A stretch of 64,000 nt of DNA from a virus (taxonomy: Duplodnaviria > Caudoviricetes): the IMG/VR virus record IMGVR_UViG_2873737359_000001, positions 96,001 to 160,000 of that record; one strand, given 5' to 3'. Of the stretch, positions 62,401-64,000 are shown piece after piece. Within the stretch, counting starts at the first letter, position 1. The number at the start of each line of letters is the position of its first letter. The position numbers were made by a program, and so were the translations under genes. The notes under the pieces were generated by a model. The model made no database searches, was not told the DNA's origin, and worked only from the letters and a program-made list of their open reading frames with translations.

Positions 62401-64000
62401 GCAGCTTTAACAGACTCTGATATATTAGCAAACTATATTGCCGACGCAAGAGATTCTGATGAAATGGTTGCTCGTTATGAACGGAACCAGATATATGATG
62501 AAAATAATACTCTTACCCCGGATTCTGTAGCAAGAGCATGTCCTAATGTTAGAGTTATTAAAATTGAAGCTCCGTACTTTACAAATGACAAAAAGGATTT
62601 TGTAAAAGGAACTTCTGTAGAATGTATCTATAAGAACGGTGATCCAAAATTAGATAATTGGAAATTCAATAATGCATATCATGCAGGACAAGGTACTACT
62701 TCAAATGAGTATGGATTTGCAGCAAGAAATATGGATTTAATTTGTTGTGCCGATGGTGTACATCAAATCAATAGCAAAATTCCTCTTGATACAGAATACA
62801 AAACAGAACTTATCCTTGGAGATGGAACAAAATATTCTGATGGTACTGGTAAAATTACATTAACACGTAACTCTGTGCCTAATAACTGGCTTAATATTAA
62901 AACAAATGTAGCTAGTTCTGAAATGTCTAATAATGCTCTTCTGCAAAAAAGATATAATGATTATCTTCCATACTCTACTCCTGCTTCTCGTAGAGACCCA
63001 AAGATTAAAAATAGTATGGAGTTTGTAAATTGTGTTGTTTTCTTAAGAGAGACTAATGCAGATATATCTACACATAGAGAATTTTCAGATAACGAATGGC
63101 ATTTTTATAGTCTGGGAAATATTGGAGATTCTAAAAAAGCGGATGTGACCAGAGCTTATGATCCAGATGATATGAACGAATTTTGTATTGAAATCTCTGA
63201 TAACACTCTTCCAAACTCTGCATTCCAGACAGGAGTAATGGATCCTGATGGAACAATGAAATATCCTATTTCTAAAGAAGAATGGAAAACAGGGAATACT
63301 GCATATGATAATCTTTATAATAATTGGGACGGATCATTTGAGTTTAGATATGATTGTTGTGGAGACACAAAGGATGGATCTGCCATTTCTACCGACGCAG
63401 AAAAAGAAAAAATCCGTACAAAGAATCGTCAGATATGGAGAGATTTTTATGAATTTGTAATTACTTCTTCAGATGATGATTTCAAAGCACATATTAGTGA
63501 CTGGATGATTAAAGATGCTCTTTTATATATGTATCTGTTCACTCTTAGATATACTATGATTGATAATAGAGCTAAGAATATATTCCCACATTGGGCTAAA
63601 CATTATATTTCTCAAACAGAAGCTTCTACCTTAGGTGAGAAAGCAAAATATTATATAATAAACGATTCTGCGGCAGCTATAAATAATGGTTATAGATTTG
63701 ATTTTTGGGATTATGATAATGACACAGGTTTAGGCATTAATAACTCAGGAGAGTTAACAATGTCATATGGCAAAGAAGATACTGATTATAAGACAGATGG
63801 CGATCCGAATTCAGGGTATATCTTTAATGCAGCTGAAAGTGTAATATGGTGTAGAACCAGAAAATTAATGAAATCAGATCTCCGTAAAATGTATCAATCA
63901 CTTCCACAAAATTGTTTTAGCGCAGAACATCTTATTAATGAATTTGATGCTTGGCAGAATCAATTCCCAGAAGAACTTTGGAGATTACATTTTGAAAGAC
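59407..64000 (+). CDS. Large tail protein with CotH-kinase-like domain (runs off window; not in ORF track)
   Basis: SD AAGGAG, ATG 59407; same frame at the points checked up to the window end; QFIPFQIPRYYDGIDLS N-terminus, GQGTTS, MIDNRAKNIF, WDYDNDTGLGINNSG. Confidence 0.8.
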   Translation, partial: MSFKDSKEKIITANSAQIASLTADLAESVETNDNYETVDGYDYYPQYSDNKYSTVDNNKNITMDATQINITQESNSQFIPFQIPRYYDGIDLSNMTICIRYADRLNGDIVGEYPVINVIRNDTYIRFGWLIDDKLTQNAGDYIFEIRATGQVPVSDNKLVNYAWSTRPNGKINVLQGININGAIEPSDSGWMTAFEKRIINYTEDAKNAAKQAAASASSVDVDNIANSVINKVTDNFNKTSSLENYYTKSEINDQKSGIDNSLSNINSEINNVKESIQNIDGLANLDVSYNKENQKLSLLYKDSKKEVANAIIDIDSLSKLQVRYTTSDGKGVLSFYQENIEDPITSVELGSIDPSAEWISSHITPISNSINSIQKQQTEDEKKITTLTSSVKEIKRANTNRDNKIKTNEDAILEIRTSVSEIPQLKESVSQATNTVANMKQTVDGNKEAVDTLGTNFDDLKKEVDKLKENPAASEYDVNYEGSTFSWIKDGEVLKTFKIEGGGGQTTTSTLTIERITQADAIFLLGNKAIIEYTWSSVDNVGDSTGIGTAVWKVDNTTVSTSTVGQGKNSIDLTNYLKTGTNSIRLSITDSVGTLSTKTWTITIVDFKLESSFDDTLFYSDEVSFRYIPYGNINKTVHFILDGNELSSVNTSASGRQLSYVLTKQSHGAHSLKVYMTATVNNQDIKSDTIIKDVIWVDPDDRTPIIGCSMQEFTAKQYHATSINYVVYDPDHNPATVKLSVDGNTVSTLSVNRTQQIWSYKASTVGKHDLTISCRKVTKILKATIKKLDIDVEPITANLEFDFNPVGLSNNDVNRLWKDSKHPEVTLTVSDNFDWTNGGYQIDDKGDQYFCVKAGTKATINYNLFGKDPKQTGSEFKIIFKTKNVRDASATFLSCISASDDKPVGLEMNVHEAYIKSSVDNLYFPYSEEDVIEYEFDINALDTKKATTSIIMTYEDGCGGRPMIYDNTHRLHQYTPVPITIGSDDCDVCIYRIKAYSAALTDSDILANYIADARDSDEMVARYERNQIYDENNTLTPDSVARACPNVRVIKIEAPYFTNDKKDFVKGTSVECIYKNGDPKLDNWKFNNAYHAGQGTTSNEYGFAARNMDLICCADGVHQINSKIPLDTEYKTELILGDGTKYSDGTGKITLTRNSVPNNWLNIKTNVASSEMSNNALLQKRYNDYLPYSTPASRRDPKIKNSMEFVNCVVFLRETNADISTHREFSDNEWHFYSLGNIGDSKKADVTRAYDPDDMNEFCIEISDNTLPNSAFQTGVMDPDGTMKYPISKEEWKTGNTAYDNLYNNWDGSFEFRYDCCGDTKDGSAISTDAEKEKIRTKNRQIWRDFYEFVITSSDDDFKAHISDWMIKDALLYMYLFTLRYTMIDNRAKNIFPHWAKHYISQTEASTLGEKAKYYIINDSAAAINNGYRFDFWDYDNDTGLGINNSGELTMSYGKEDTDYKTDGDPNSGYIFNAAESVIWCRTRKLMKSDLRKMYQSLPQNCFSAEHLINEFDAWQNQFPEELWRLHFER

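Noticed and set aside
33861-64000. Many short antisense or overlapping ORFs inside the large tail genes; DGR target repeats
   Set aside because: No SD or motifs, typical antisense shadows; no reverse transcriptase or TR/VR pair seen

Overview
This window is a segment of a large, AT-rich, SPbeta-like siphovirus, probably infecting a gut Firmicute (Clostridia/Lachnospiraceae). Whether it is a free phage or a prophage cannot be told, because no integrase or att site is present. Gene order on the + strand: operator/boxA-like leader, Thg1-like tRNA guanylyltransferase, BRO-N protein, amidoligase, YonO-like single-subunit RNA polymerase, HU, an array of 11 intact tRNAs plus 1 pseudo-tRNA (11 loci at 9.2-11.4 kb, one at 15.8 kb) interleaved with unassigned structured RNAs, beta-CASP RNase, ClpP, phosphoesterase, packaging and head genes, neck and tail genes, tape measure, Dit, Tal, fibres, and a >1500-aa CotH-kinase-like tail protein that runs off the end. 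Two group I introns are present. One is a conventional IA-type intron with a LAGLIDADG endonuclease in a neck gene. The main find is the other: a 2357-nt group I-like intron (38640-40996) that splits the tape-measure gene. Its pairings (IGS, extended P10, P2-P9, P9.0, omega-G) can be read directly and restore one 4626-aa ORF, but its P7 has a non-canonical sequence and it carries five small accessory ORFs with no recognisable homing endonuclease. Other notable items are three antisense long-leader/small-hydrophobic-peptide cassettes, a 16S rRNA 5' fragment in the tRNA array, an 8/4 tRNA-Ser and a recurrent RNA motif in tRNA spacers. All calls were made by eye from motifs and base-pairing; no searches were run.
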